Assembly (NCBI GenBank): GCA_051362555.1
Contig: CM120643.1
Coordinates: 30,003,994 to 30,067,993 of the forward strand
Direction: 5' to 3'
DNA length: 64,000 nucleotides
From: Lingula anatina
Lineage: Eukaryota > Animalia > Brachiopoda
The notes under the pieces were generated by a model. That model worked only from the letters and a program-made list of their open reading frames with translations, ran no database searches and was not told the DNA's origin. Positions 22,419 through 36,700 of the stretch are shown here, piece after piece. The position numbers and the translations under genes were made by a program. Position 1 is the stretch's first letter, and each line of letters opens with the position of its first letter.

Positions 22419-22829
22419 AGTGTCCTGAAAAAAAGAAAGAAGTCAAAGCTCTGCCTCATAGTATGATTTTAAAAGTCAAAGACATTAACTGTTTGTAAAA
22501 AGTATACATATTGTTCCACTGATACGTTTCACTTTGAATCCACAGACATCCACTCTGTCTTAACTGAATGTTGCCGGGATTTGGATTGGTTATAATATGC
22601 ACGTAAAGGCTATGTCACTCTCTAGCGTATAGAAGAATGTTTTAAGTATCGTTTGTGAAATCGAATATACGCACAACCTGAGCTTATAAAATCAACCCTT
22701 TTCCAGTTTACAAGAATGAACGTATGACCAGCGTATGAAATAATTATTTTGAACCTGGTAAAAATCGTTTTTCTCTGCGTTTGCGAAAATGCTGCGTGCT
22801 CTAGACGTATACGACACAAGCCTAACAAA

Positions 22830-22968
22830 CCACCTCTGATGTTTATTTTGGTCCTCTCTAACCTCCCATTACGAAAAAGAAGCCATGCCATTGGACAATG
22901 CGACCTCTGCGGTTACGTCATTTCCTGAATTGGATTGTAGAGAGGACCAAAATAAACATCAGAGGTGG
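22830..22968. mobile_element. Small hairpin/MITE with perfect 31-bp inverted arms
   Basis: CCACCTCTGATGTTTATTTTGGTCCTCTCTA ... TAGAGAGGACCAAAATAAACATCAGAGGTGG. Confidence 0.65.
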
Positions 22969-25849
22969 AATTTGGCTTTACGGTTTGATTGTGCGTATGC
23001 CATGCACGGAATTTACAAACGAGCGACGGGATGATGTAGCTTGCAGTATTTGCGATAAGCGTGCCAAGTTTTAGGCCGCTCCGATGCCCGGCAGTATTTT
23101 ATTTCGATTATTATGTTTTAGTTGGTTTATTTTTGTTTCACGAGCTGACTCTATTTTATTGTCTCTATGGAGGTATATGGGGACTTTACAACATTCGGTT
23201 TGAAGGCTTTAACCACTTGTTATAGTTTATTTTTGCATTGTATTGGATTAATGTGGCAGTCCAAGGTTGTCCTAGGTGGTTTTCAAGTTTATGCACCGGG
23301 TTTTAATATCATTTAGCGATTTTACGACAACCGTTTACCATCCAATCAAGGTGACAGCCGAGCGTGAATGCTACCATATTACGGCGACTGTGCTGTCTAC
23401 TTCAACTTGTTTTTGAGGACTCCTAGAACGATTTGACACATCTGGCTTTATAGCTGGCACTAACTATTATGTAACTTTTCTATCCTTGTAAATATCTGCG
23501 ATTGATTATTTAATTTTCATTTTTATTCTTATTTTATTCTTTAATTTACTATTTTTTATTTACTTAGTTGCGTTTGTAAGCGTTTTTCTCTCTATTTCCT
23601 CTCTCTCTCTCTCTCTCCCTTTCTCTCCCTCCATTTCCCTTCTCATTTAAACGTTACAGTTCACAGTACAGTCCTCAATACGTGACCACGTGCCCCAGCC
23701 AAGCTCTACAAGAAAGCATTCCCTTTATCTCACCTTATGGAAGGCTAACTATTGCCTTTTCCATGTCACTCTACTTCTACAAGGTCTGTCACGCTATAGC
23801 TTACACATATCCGTATGAGTTAGTCAAATCGATTATACGTACTACTTTCGACGTATTAAATCACCCTTTTCAAGCGTATGAGAAGGAACGTATACATGTA
23901 CGTAGCGTAGAAACAACGTATTGATAGCGTATTTACATCGTATGACTTGGGTTTTAATATGAGTATTAATATGAGTCATCGTAACTGTAGCGTTCCGTAT
24001 ATCAACTTTTAATTGGCATATATGAGCGTTTGATTAGCGCGTATAATTAATGCATATGAGCGTATGGGAAGCGAATTTCTGTTTTGCTGATGATTATGAA
24101 CTGCACACTGGTTTAGATGAGTCAGGTGTTATAATAAAGGGATCTCCATCCTCTCAATCTAAAATAAGCTGTGATAAATAAGTGGAAATTCAATTCTGAT
24201 TATACCACAGGTAACAAAACGTGGGAAATACTTTTTTCATATGCTTATGATGCGTTAGGTTTAGGTGAAATACGTCCGCTTAAACACGAAAGTGATATTT
24301 TATATACGCCTATATATGTTTACGTACGTTAATTGATCGTTACAAATACGCATGTTCCGTATATCCTGCTAGTTCATCAGTACTACGTTGCATAAATGCT
24401 ATACATATGTTTCCTATACCAATCATGCTATTAGATGGGCCTCTGTTTCGTATCCTTAGCATCAGTTTAGCGTATTCGTCCTATGCCTAGCGTATCCCTA
24501 GCGTATGTGTAACGTACGACTCATACACGCGTAAACGCTGAAATGTTTTGAACATGCTCAAGATTTAATATTAAGATTTGCAAAGACATGGGGTATACAA
24601 AGGATGATACACAATAGGTATATGGCTCTCCCAAGGGTTAAAAGCTCTAATCACAAATGTGTGAGAAGGTAGGGCGGGGAGTTAGAGTTTGATTGTAATT
24701 TACAGAGAAACATGAAACATCTATTATTTGTTCTAACCTCTGCCTTTAATTAATTGAAAACAGCAAGAAAATTGCAGTTTTAAGTTAGTTTTATGGATTT
24801 CTGTCACTAACCTGGTCACAACTAAAGTTGACTGACATGTATTGAGCTTATAAATCTGACCTGGCTCATGGACATAAATATCAGTTATTAAAAATAAATA
24901 TAACCAGTTTCCATCTGAGCCATTTTGTAATCATATGTCTTCTTTAGAACCATGTAACACCACCAGGAGCACCACCAACGAATGACGTCACGTAGAATAT
25001 TACGTCAACAACAAAGCACGTGGTGTCCACATCTACATAATTTCATCTTTGAATTATGTGATATTAAACGTAATCAATCACCGTAGTTTCTAGTCGTGTA
25101 TGTATTTTGGTGCTGTCAAACGATCCGACTGTACGGTGCTAGATGTCTACAAAAGTTACAATAATACTCTAGGGATGGGGGTGGGGGTGTTAGGGATCTG
25201 GGAATACCCGCTCTACCAAGCACTTATCATCTTGTTCTTATTCTTATCACAAATCTGAAGAGAGATTAAGTGGATGTCAATAGAATGAGCTTTGCAAATG
25301 ATTAACTAATGTAATGAATCCATTTTTACTCGTGTTATTCTTTTTATTAATGGATTTATCTGCGTCATTCTTCTGGTACGTGTCAGTTAAATTTCATGGT
25401 ACATTTAGTGTATTATTATCCTCGTTTTAATGTGCCTGTAAGTCCACGTTCATAAGTTTATTTATTACTACCTTTATACGTTTGGGTTAAATATAGGTTT
25501 TTATAAAGTTGAAGTGGAAATTCTTGTTGCATATATAAAGAAACAACACAACTATGTCAGAGGCAAACGCTGAGGACGAAAATTTTAGCTAAGAGACAAC
25601 TATGACGAAAGTGAATAAAAGTTAGAATGAAATAATCAACATTTCGTTTCTATTAGTATATGCCTTCTTTTTATTATTTATCACCTATGCATCATCTTTC
25701 CTGTGTTTTCCTGTGCCGGATGTTTTCCATTATAATAAATGTTTAGATGACATTGTATCTTATTTTCTAATCTATTGACAAAACAAGTCAAATTTTATTT
25801 GTATCAACAGATCAAACAGCCTGGATAAAATAAATCCCACTAAACGGAC

Positions 25850-27097
25850 AACCAAAACTGCTAAACATGGATAAAACCATGTCACAACCAGACATAACTA
25901 TGCACAACTACCACAATCAGACAACCAACCATGTCACAACCAGACATAACAATACACAACAATACGCAAACAATACGCAACTACCACAATCACCAAGACT
26001 GCTAAACATGTGTAACACCAAGTCACAACCAGACATAACAATACACAACTACCACAATCACCAAGACTGCTAAACATGTGTAACACCATGTCACAACCAG
26101 ACATAACAATGCACAACTACCACAATCACCACGGCTAAACATGGATAACACCATGTCACAACCAGACATAACAATGCACAACTACCACAATCACCAAGAC
26201 TGCTAAACATGGGTAAAACCATGTCACAACCAGACATAACAATGCCGTCTACCACAATCACCAAGACTGCTAAACATGGATAACACCATGTCACAACCAG
26301 ACATAACAATGCACAACTACCACAATCACCAAGATTGCTAAACATGGGTAAAACCATGTCACAACCAGACATAACAATACACAACTACCACAAATCACCA
26401 AGTCGGCTAAACATGGATAAAACCATGTCACAATCAGACAAACAATACGCAACTACCACAATCACCAAGACTGCTTAACATGTGTAACACCAAGTCACAA
26501 CCAGACATAACAATACACAACTACCACAATCACCAAGACTGCTAAACATGTGTAACACCATGTCACAACCAGACATAACAATGCACAACTACCACAATCA
26601 CCAAGACTGCTAAACATGTGTAACACCATGTCACAACCAGACATAACAATGCACAACTACCACAATCACCAAGACTGCTAAACATGTGTAAAAACATGTC
26701 ACAACCAGACATAACAATGCACAACTACCACAATCACCAAGACTGCTAAACATGTGTTACATCATGTCACAACCAGACATAACAATGCACAACTACCACA
26801 ATCACCAAGCCAGCTAAACATGTGTAACACCATGTCACAACCAGACATAACAATGCACAACTACCACAATCACCAAGACTGCTAAACATGTGTAAAACCA
26901 TGTCACAACCAGACATAACAATGCACAACTACTACAATCACCAAGACTGCTAAACATGTGTAAAACCATGTCACAACCAGACATAACAATGCACAACTAC
27001 CACAATCACCAAGATTGCTAAACATGAATTACACCATGTCACAACCAGACATAACAATGCACAACTACCACAATCACCAAGACGGCTAAACATGGGT
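25850..27097. repeat. 68-bp tandem repeat (~18 copies)
   Basis: Unit CCAAGACTGCTAAACATGTGTAACACCATGTCACAACCAGACATAACAATGCACAACTACCACAATCA. Confidence 0.95.
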
Positions 27098-28028
27098 AGC
27101 ATAGGGCTTTTGTTCCATTGTTTTTTTAAAGACACTAATGAAAAATGTAATTATTTTAAAAAATGGAAAATTACTACAAAAATTGCATTACTCCAAGAAA
27201 ATTAAAATTATCTAATAAAGCTACTACGTGATATTGGCCTTTACTTTGGTGCCGTAAATCTATCCAGTGTGTTTGAGAAAAATAAGTCACATGCCGCACG
27301 GTGAAAAGTGAACGGCATGTGACCCGAACCACAACAGTAGCAGTTGGTAGTTAATTGTACAAGTACAAGCACACTGTGTCTGTGCATAAAAACAACAGAG
27401 TTTTGGCATTTAAGCAATAGTTTAGAAAATGTATTTTGACTGGAATGAACACAAATTGTACGAAGTATTTGTCAATGGAATTTCATTACATATTGCAAAC
27501 AATCAAAACATGAGATATGCCGTTGACAGGACATTGAGGAACTCAATCGCATACTGATTATTTACGATAAGATAATATGCCATGTGCTAACAGATTTGCT
27601 TTATTATATCGCTTTATTTGCTAATAAGCTAGTATGCGTTGGCGAATTATGTCTTCATCACCGATGTGCTTTTTTAAATTTAACAAATATGACACCATCT
27701 TTATGACCTACTTATCCAACGTTATTGCATGTGATACCATTTAAAACGAGCTTACATCGCTTAGTTTTGAAATACAAGAAACTAAACACACATGAATACT
27801 ATAATGTTGATGTGTTTAACTTCTTCTCTATGTTTATAATAAAAACAATAAAATATTTGAGAAAGAGCTCAGAATGTTAGATAGATAAGCGTAATTAAAG
27901 CAACAGGGTTTGCAACTAAATTAAATCAAAATTCGCACGGCCCCTTTTTCTAAATTAGAATTAAATGTCCAAAGATGGACGTCGGGGTTGTTTTCATGTT
28001 AATGTTAAGTCATTTTATCACGGTTACT

Positions 28029-30677
28029 CTACATATCGCCCTCAGATGTCGCTACCTCCTGGTAACCACGTGTCTCCCGTCTGCTTCGTGTCACAGTGAT
28101 AATAGCTACAGTGATGGCTGTGAGTGCTGCGGCAATGCTGCACCCGGCAACAACGTACGCAGCCTTTGCTTTAGAATCTAGGGAAAAGATAACAAATTAT
28201 ACAAGTTTACTTTAGGATCTAGGGAAAAGATGACAAATTATATAATTTTACTTTAGGATCTAGGGAAAAGGTAACAAAGTATACAATTTTACTTTAGGAT
28301 CTAGGGAAAATGTAACAAAGTATATAATTTTACTTTAGGATCTAGGGAAAAGGTAACAAAGTATACAATTTTACTTTAGGATCTAGGGAAAATGTAACAA
28401 AGTATATAATTTTACTTTAGGATCTAGGGAAAAGGTAACAAAGTATACAATTTTACTTTAGGATCTAGGGAAAATGTAACAAAGTATATAATTTTACTTT
28501 AGGATCTAGGGAAAAGGTAACAAATTATACAATTTTACTTTAGGATCTAGGGAAAAGGTAACAAATTATATAATTTTACTTTACGATCTAGGGAAAAGGT
28601 GACAAATTATACAATTTTAATTAAGGATTTGGGGAAAATGTGACAAAGCATACATTTTTACTTTAGGATCTAGGGAAAAGGTAACAAATTATATAATTTT
28701 ACTTTAGGATCTTAGGAAAAGGTGACAAAGCATACAGTTTCACTTTAGGATCTAGGGAAAAATAACAAATTATACAATTTTACTTTAGGATCTAGGGAAA
28801 AGGTGACAAAGTATACAATTTTACTTTAGGATTTAGGAAAAAGTAACAGGGTATGCAATGCATACACTAGGATATGTGGTTAAAGTAAAAAGATTCAACT
28901 TACATGTATAATGTCTTTAGACGATCCCTTCGTTTCAAAACTTATATTTATCTGAGGACAAAGTATTTCGTTTAAATGTGGATTATCTTTTCACAGACAC
29001 AAGCCGCTTACTCCTGCACATTTCCGATTCCCAAGGTCTTGTATTTAAGTTGTTAAGATGATTGAGGGGTGAATGCTTACCTCGCTTAGGCTGGAAGGGT
29101 CCCTGTGTGACGATATAGGTAGAGGAGAAGGCACCACTCACATCTCTGCGCCCTCTGGCGGGAGTCTGACAGCTCGAGGAACAAGTGGGATCACTCTGCA
29201 TACAGACCTGCATCTCACAGTGGAGGTACACCTACAGATGGGGTGACAGGAGAGAAAGTTGTGATCTGCAGGGGGTACTGTACATAATGAGAATTAAAAG
29301 GTCGAAGATTCGGCCGTCAATTGTAATATTGGACATCGATCTTTACATCACTGAGAGATCGTGGACTTGTAGGTCATAGTTCTGGCTTTTATTATACTTT
29401 GGTTATAATTTACATGGGCATATATTTGCTAGATGATTATGACATCGGCATCCTGCTACACACGTTTTAATTAACACACCGCTCGTGTCTATATACAACA
29501 GTAGCTCTACGTGAGAGGTAAAGAAAGTTGTCACAGTGCCGCCGAGGACAGACTGCTCTTTATCCCTGGGACTTACCTGTTGTATATCACGTACAAAGTA
29601 GAACGCTGGAAATCCAAATAATACTTCAGTGGGGTCGTTGCTAGGATACATGGTCAACTCCTTCATAGCGGGGCAACTGGAATGTACAAGTCGTGAGACA
29701 CGTGATTTGGAGATGGAATAAGATTTGTAGTGTGCACACGTGTGCTACATCAAATAACTGTTTCATGCACACTGTAAAACATGACGGATTTAACTGTGTA
29801 AAGCCACAGGGAGAGCTAGTTAACGGCACCGGCCACAGTGTCATCGTTATGTTAACGTGACTTACTAGGCAGCTGGCATTGTGTGATGCGTTTAAATCAG
29901 ATTAACAAACGTTTATCTCCACTTAAACACAAACACACAACGCGGGCTTAGAAAAGTTTATTGGTTGATTATTCAATTACACTACACTAAACTAAAACCA
30001 AAAACAATTCCCCAAAGCTCAGAGCCGCGTAGCGGTCTTATGGTAACTCAATGCAAAAAACAAAATCCCATATCCAGGGTATGATGTATGACAGTAGAGA
30101 GATCAACAACAACAATAGTAAATAAATTAAGAAATCACATTGAAGCAATTGATATGCAGGCACGAAAAACGCTATGACTGGTAGTATGGCATAAAACAAA
30201 CCCAGCAGGCATAGTCGCGTTGGATCAACGTTGAAAACAGGTTGATACGTTGAATTGCCGTTGATCTACCTAAATTCAAGTAAAATCAACGTTGATCCAG
30301 CCACGTCGAAACACCGTCATAATGTGACGTTGACTCAATGTTGTATTTTGGTTAATGACACAACCTTGCAGTTATGGATTGTAATTTAAAATATTAATTA
30401 TTAAAAACGTGATACTTTGTTTATCAATACTGTAACTAAATTTATCAAAATAATAACAAAATTGTTTTAAAGTAAAAATGACAGTTGTTTTGTGTCTTTA
30501 GTTAACTAGTGAATTTTCCTAACTTGTTATTCAGAAATACATTCCAATTAACTGAATTCCCTGCAAGGTCAGCTAACACTAGGATGAATAAGTTGCTGTA
30601 AATGTGATGGAGTTTACAGTTCTTGGTAACCTGTTATAGATAGACAAGTTGAGGTGACTGTGACTTTGTTATATATA

Positions 30678-30726
<49 letters not shown>

Positions 30727-33700
30727 CATGTCCTACTGCTAAACACATCCAGGCTAATTTCCCGCTGGGTGGGGTTGATATAACATTGTTTTCTGACGTT
30801 GATACAACGTTGTTAGAGAGCTTTCGCACCAGTACGTTTAGGCGAACGACTACGTTTAGGTCATAATATTTTGCTGTCTAGTGACGTGTACACATACGGT
30901 TAGAGAGAACATTATCCGCAGCTAGATTGCTACCCGTCAATGAAAAACGGTTTGACAAATCAGCATAATTTTATGAAATCAAGCCTTTCAAAGTTGATCG
31001 TTTCTCTGCTAAAATCATATTGGACATTTTATTTTTGCAATATATGTCAAACATGTTGTCTCTGTTATTTGTGTCTATGTTTTTGTTACTATTGAAATAT
31101 AGGTTATACCCGCAAAAAAGGCATTTTCCACTGACCACAAGGCAGTCAGAAGTGGCCTTCCGCAAGCGTGACTGATTGTATTATAAGACTGTTAGGTCAT
31201 CATTTTGTGAGCAGTTGTTACGAGTGCACATGCCTTTATAAGTGGTCTGTAGACTAGGCGTCTGCACTTGACGCATAACAAGCAGGATATCCGTAAGGTA
31301 AGTGCCGTTTAGTAAGATACTACTAGTAGCTCGATTTTCTCCTTCAGTTGACAGGGCGTCTCCTTGACTTTTATTGCAAATTTTATGAAGCCTTGTTTAG
31401 AAAGTCACATGGCGTCCTGTTTTGTGTATTTGAATAAATGAATTATAAATAAAAGTAAGGACAGCACATTAGTAGCTCGATTTTCTCCTTTAGTTGACAG
31501 GGCGTCTCCTTGACTTTTAATGCAAATTTTATGAAGCCTTGTTTAGAAAGTCACATGGCGTCCTGTTGTGTGTATTTGAATAAATGAATTATAAATAAAA
31601 GTAAAGACGGCACATTTTTCTTTACATGAAATTGTTGCTAATAGCAAATATCGATTAATATTTATTATATCAGTAACAAAAACTGACGCTGCATTTTTCA
31701 GCTAAAAAATGCGAAAACATGCAGGCAACTAAGAAGCGCCGTACTGATTCACCAGCAGATTACGTCAGTTACCTGAAAGACAAGTTGGCCTTCGAGAAAG
31801 AACGTTTTGAATTAGAAATGAAAGAGCGAGAAGCTCAATTTGAGAAAGACAAACAAATGATGGAGATGGTTACGCATAATCTTTGGTTAAGAAGAAAAGC
31901 TGAATTGACATACTAGGCTCTTGCTGCCTACAAGATACACGTGGGCTGAATCTTTGTTAAAACATTAGTTTTTTATTCAAGATTACATTTAAATAAATGT
32001 TTGCTTGCGGTATGAATTTTACGTTTTACTCTTTAATTTCCCATACGCACAATGTACACGTGTACAGTTCATGCTAAATAGTCCTCCAAGGTGGGAGGAT
32101 CTAGTTTAAAGTTCCGACTCATCTGATTGCCCTACACACAGGTATGGCAGTTGACCAGAAGACCACCTACCAAGTACTGCTTGGCTACAGGAGACAACAG
32201 AACTTTTTAATTCTTTCAAAAGTCCAGAAAGGCAAAGTTTCACAATAAGTTTCCGAACTCCCACTCGACGCATTCCCGCACAGAGGACATTCTCCTGTTG
32301 AATTCTTCTTCTTCGGTACTTAAATTTGCTCCTCTGAAGGGACTCAACAGATACCTTTTAACGGGGTAAGCCGGATCTCCAATGGCGTATGACCTAATTT
32401 GACGTCTCTGCATAGGCCTAAGTCTCGGTCACAACTGGCCGCACGGGCTCTTACGGGCTGTTTGCGTCCAAAATTTGCGCAGAATCTCACGTCCCAATCA
32501 AGGCCTTCTTACGCAATTTCGAGTTCGCAGACAGCTCGTAAGCACGTACGGAGGATGTTGGACATGTTCAAAAGTTTCTACGAATAGCCTGCGAACAGTC
32601 AGGCCGCAAGCGTAACTTGCTCCCCTCGCACGGAGTTAGCAAGAGAGACGCACGTTGTGCAAGACGCACGTCGCAAACAATGAAGGAGCAAGTGCCCATT
32701 GCGTGTTGAGTAAGGCGCACGCCCTCACAACTAACGAACAAAGTCGAGAGCACACCGGGAATACGTCGCACGTGCGTCACCCCACGCCTGGTGTATAAAA
32801 GGCGTGCTCACGACGAACGCTTGTGTCTTTACATGAACATCGACTATGTAACGTGTACAGCAATTTTCAAAAATTTCAATTTCTTGCTCAATTTTGTATC
32901 TAATATGCCTCCAAAAGGCAAGAGAAAGAAAATTACATAGTAGAAAAAAGAGAGGAGGAAGAAGAAAGAAGAGAAGAACAGGAAGCAAAACTGACGAACG
33001 CCGTCAGTACGTCACCACAAACGTGTGAGGCAAATGTGAAGCAAAACTGACGCAAAAGGGCACTTCTTTCGCCTCGCGTTGCATTCCCTTCGTAAGTGGT
33101 GAGTGTGTGCCACGTACACAGGAAGCAAGACAAACTCAAAATAAGAGTACAATTTCCACGACCATCGCTCCTTACAATTAGCGTCCCTGCCTGAAAGGAC
33201 ATCTCATGGGGCCTTGCGACTCGCAAGGCAGACTTTCCTCTACCTCTACGACCTTCACGGCCTCCGCAACACCCAAAAATCGCAGGGGACCTACGATCCT
33301 GAAATTTGTGCGTCCGGTTGTGACCGAGGCTTTACAGCATGTGAAACATGTATCAGCCTACTGTTCGATTCGACTATCCGTAAAGGCTAACCGGGTCTTT
33401 CTGCGAAATCACGAAAAAAATAAACGTTGGTCATTTTACGGTTACGGATAGCTAAATGTAGTCGGTCGCCTAAACGTGCAGGTGCGAAAGCTCTCTGTTA
33501 TCTGAGGTTGGGACAACTTTTAAATCCAACGTTTATCCAATGTCTTCTCAGCGTTATGGTTCAACGTTGTTTCAACGTTAAAAAAACATAATTTGCCCGC
33601 TGGGAAGTAACTGCACAGAGCATATTTCCCACAATTGCACATACGCATATAAATAATATTAATACTATATATCTCCACATAAATCAATTGAAAATAACAC

Positions 33701-36700
33701 TGAAACAACGGCTGAGCCGTGCATCCAATATTACAAAACGGTTTCTGTTGATCGGTTTTGTCTTATAACTACCTGTGTATTATAGCTGAAATAATGAAAG
33801 CCTGGCCACTGAACCACCCATTTCAAGAAGTATCAGTCTCTTATACCGAGAAATAGAGCATTTGTATCGATAACTACGGTTCATCTGGATTATAGTTCAA
33901 CCGTTATAGCTAAAATTAAAGGGATAATAAGTCTTTGTTTTGGCCAAAAAAGGAATTTTCCTGGAGTAAACAACAATTTTCCAATACTTATCAATGGTTA
34001 ATGAATCCATTTTTACATTCAAAGTTAGTCCCTGGTTTTTTTTTCTAAAAAGTTTGGTTTTTTGTTAAAATCTCTTAAGAGATTATAACAGAGTACAGCC
34101 ATCAATGGAAGTCACGTGATCTGAAGACAAGCTCAGATATCAGAATAATAGCTATAACTGCTGTTTTTGAGGTAAAACAGAATATATTATATTTCTATGA
34201 GTTGTTCACAATGTTTTTATTGTGAAATAAAGATATCATACGAAGAGTTATTATCCCTTTAAGGTATCAGGTCGCTTTTTAAGCTTTCAATAATGACGTC
34301 TATGGCATCTGTATGCTTAATGGTCTCAGTAAAAATGCCTTGCAAGTCAAAAGCATGCGATATTTTTCAAGTGTTACCCGTTGTCAATAAGTTTCACGGC
34401 TTCAGATGAAAACGGACTTAGAGAACTTGTTGCTTTACAACTGTCTGCCCTCAGCGCCATGCCGGACATGTTAGCTGCAGCCAGCCTCACGCCCAGACGG
34501 ATGTATATCTGGTCCTTCAGGTCCACGGACAGCGGGTAGTCGTCCGGCTGGTACGGTACTTTAAACTGGACGCCATGGTACTGCTCCAGACTAAACGTCA
34601 GATGACCTGTCCAGAGAAAAAAAAAACGTCAACTCACACTAAGTGTAAATGTGTCAACACAGGAATTTATTCTGTTATCTACATAGTAGACTGAACGCCA
34701 TATGACCTGTCAAGAGAAAAAAACGTGAACTCACACTAAGTGTAAATGTATCAACCCAGGAATTAAACCTGTTATCTACGTAGCAGACTGAACGCCATAT
34801 GACCTGTCAAGAAAAAAAACGTCAACTCACACTAAGTGTAAATGTATCAACCCAGGAATTAAACCTGTTATCTACGTAGTAGACTGAACGCCATATGACC
34901 TGTCAAGAAAAAAAACGTCAACTCACACTAAGTGTAAGTTTATCAACCCAGGAATTAAACATGTTGTTTAAATACTGGGGATACTTGTTTGTTTGAGAAT
35001 GCAAAGAAAACCTGTTTTAACCAAAGGTGCGGTTAAGGCCCCTCAGACTGCCCACCCTGGCAGTAACAGTAAGAAGCGGAGTCATGACGCATTGTCGTCA
35101 GACTCGGATGAGGACGACTGCGATGCAGAGGACTTGTTTGAAAAAGCTAGCAAAACAGAGTCTAATGAAAAAGTAGACTCTTTTTTAGATATCATTGATG
35201 AAGACCTCGATGACGATGAGGCTCGGGGCCCTGAAATCAGGGAAAAAATTAGCTAGCATTATTAACAAAAAAAAAAAAAATCACAAACCTCTGTCAAAAG
35301 ATTTAACCAAGAAACTGTATGAGCATCACTTACGACCAAAAAATTGTGATGCCATGTTGGTCCCCTTGGTGTACAAACAAATCTGGAGTAATGCCAGTAA
35401 AGAGTTGAAGGCGAAGGATGCCAGGATGTGTGACATCCAGAGGGCTATCGTCAAAGCGTGTGGCATCTTCGCAAGTGTAGCTGATAAACTCCTGGATAAA
35501 AATGACAGGAAAACGGCCAAAGATGCCTGTGACGGCATTGCCTTGCTGGGATCAGCACATTTGTAGCCGTGTATGACTCGTATGAGGAGGAAACAGTCCC
35601 TTAAACCAGCAGCTGGGATCAGCTCATTTGGAGCTGTGTATGAGGAGGAAACAGTCCCTTAAACCAGCAGCTGGGATCAGCTCATTTGGGACTGTGTATG
35701 AGGAGGAAACAGTCCCTTAAACCATAGCTGGGATCAGCACATTTGGAGCTGTGTATGAGGAGGAAACAGTCCCTTAAACCAGCAGCTGGGATCAGCTCAT
35801 TTGGAGCTGTGTATGAGGAGGAAACAGTCCCTTAAACCAGCAGCTGGGATCAGCCCATTTGCAGCCGTGTATGAGGAGGAAACAGTCCCTTAAACCAGCA
35901 GCTGGGATCAGCCCATTTGCAGCCGTGTATGAGGAGGAAACAGTCCCTTAAACCATAGCTGGGATCAGCACATTTGTAGCCGTGTATGAGGAGGAAACAG
36001 TCCCTTAAACCAGCAGCTGGGATCAGCACATTTGTAGCCGTGTATGAGGAGGAAACAGTCCCTTAAACCAGCAGCTGGGATCAGCACATTTGTAGCCGTG
36101 TATGAGGAGGAAACAGTCCCTTAAACCAGCAGCTGGGATCAGCACATTTGTAGCCGTGTATGAGGAGGAAACAGTCCCTTAAACCATAGCTGGGATCAGC
36201 ACATTTGGAGCTGTGTATGAGGAGGAAACAGTCCCTTAAACCAGCAGCTGGAATCAGCACATTTGGAGCTGTGTATGAGGAGGAAACAGTCCCTTAAACC
36301 AGCAGCTGGGATCAGCCCATTTGCAGCTGTGTATGAGGAGGAAACAGTCCTTTAAACCATAGCTGGGATCAGCACATTTGGAGCTGTGTATGAGGAGGAA
36401 ACAGTCCCTTAAACCAGCAGCTGGGATCAGCACATTTGTAGCCGTGTATGAGGAGGAAACAGTCCCTTAAACCAGCAGCTGGGATCAGCACATTTGTAGC
36501 CGTGTATGAGGAGGAAACAGTCCCTTAAACCAGCAGCTGGGATCAGCACATTTGTAGCCGTGTATGAGGAGGAAACAGTCCCTTAAACCAGCAGCTGGGA
36601 TCAGCCCATTTGCAGCCGTGTATGAGGAGGAAACAGTCCCTTAAACCATAGCTGGGATCAGCCCATTTGCAGCCGTGTATGAGGAGGAAACAGTCCCTTA

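Larger units (their letters stand above)
30201..33604. mobile_element. Non-autonomous CCCAG-ended element (EnSpm/CACTA-like) hosting nested insertions
   Basis: AA|CCCAGCAGGC...GCCCGCTGGG|AA, many CAACGTTG subrepeats; inverted homolog at ~58325-58551. Confidence 0.6.

Noticed and set aside
22990-24600. Possible long 3' UTR element or TE with AGCGTAT subrepeats
   Set aside because: Probably decayed DNA-transposon sequence, but termini and TSD could not be defined
25867-26384. Cys-rich repetitive ORFs
   Set aside because: Translations of the 68-bp repeat, whose unit length is not a multiple of 3; likewise ORFs at 21266, 36543, 44347
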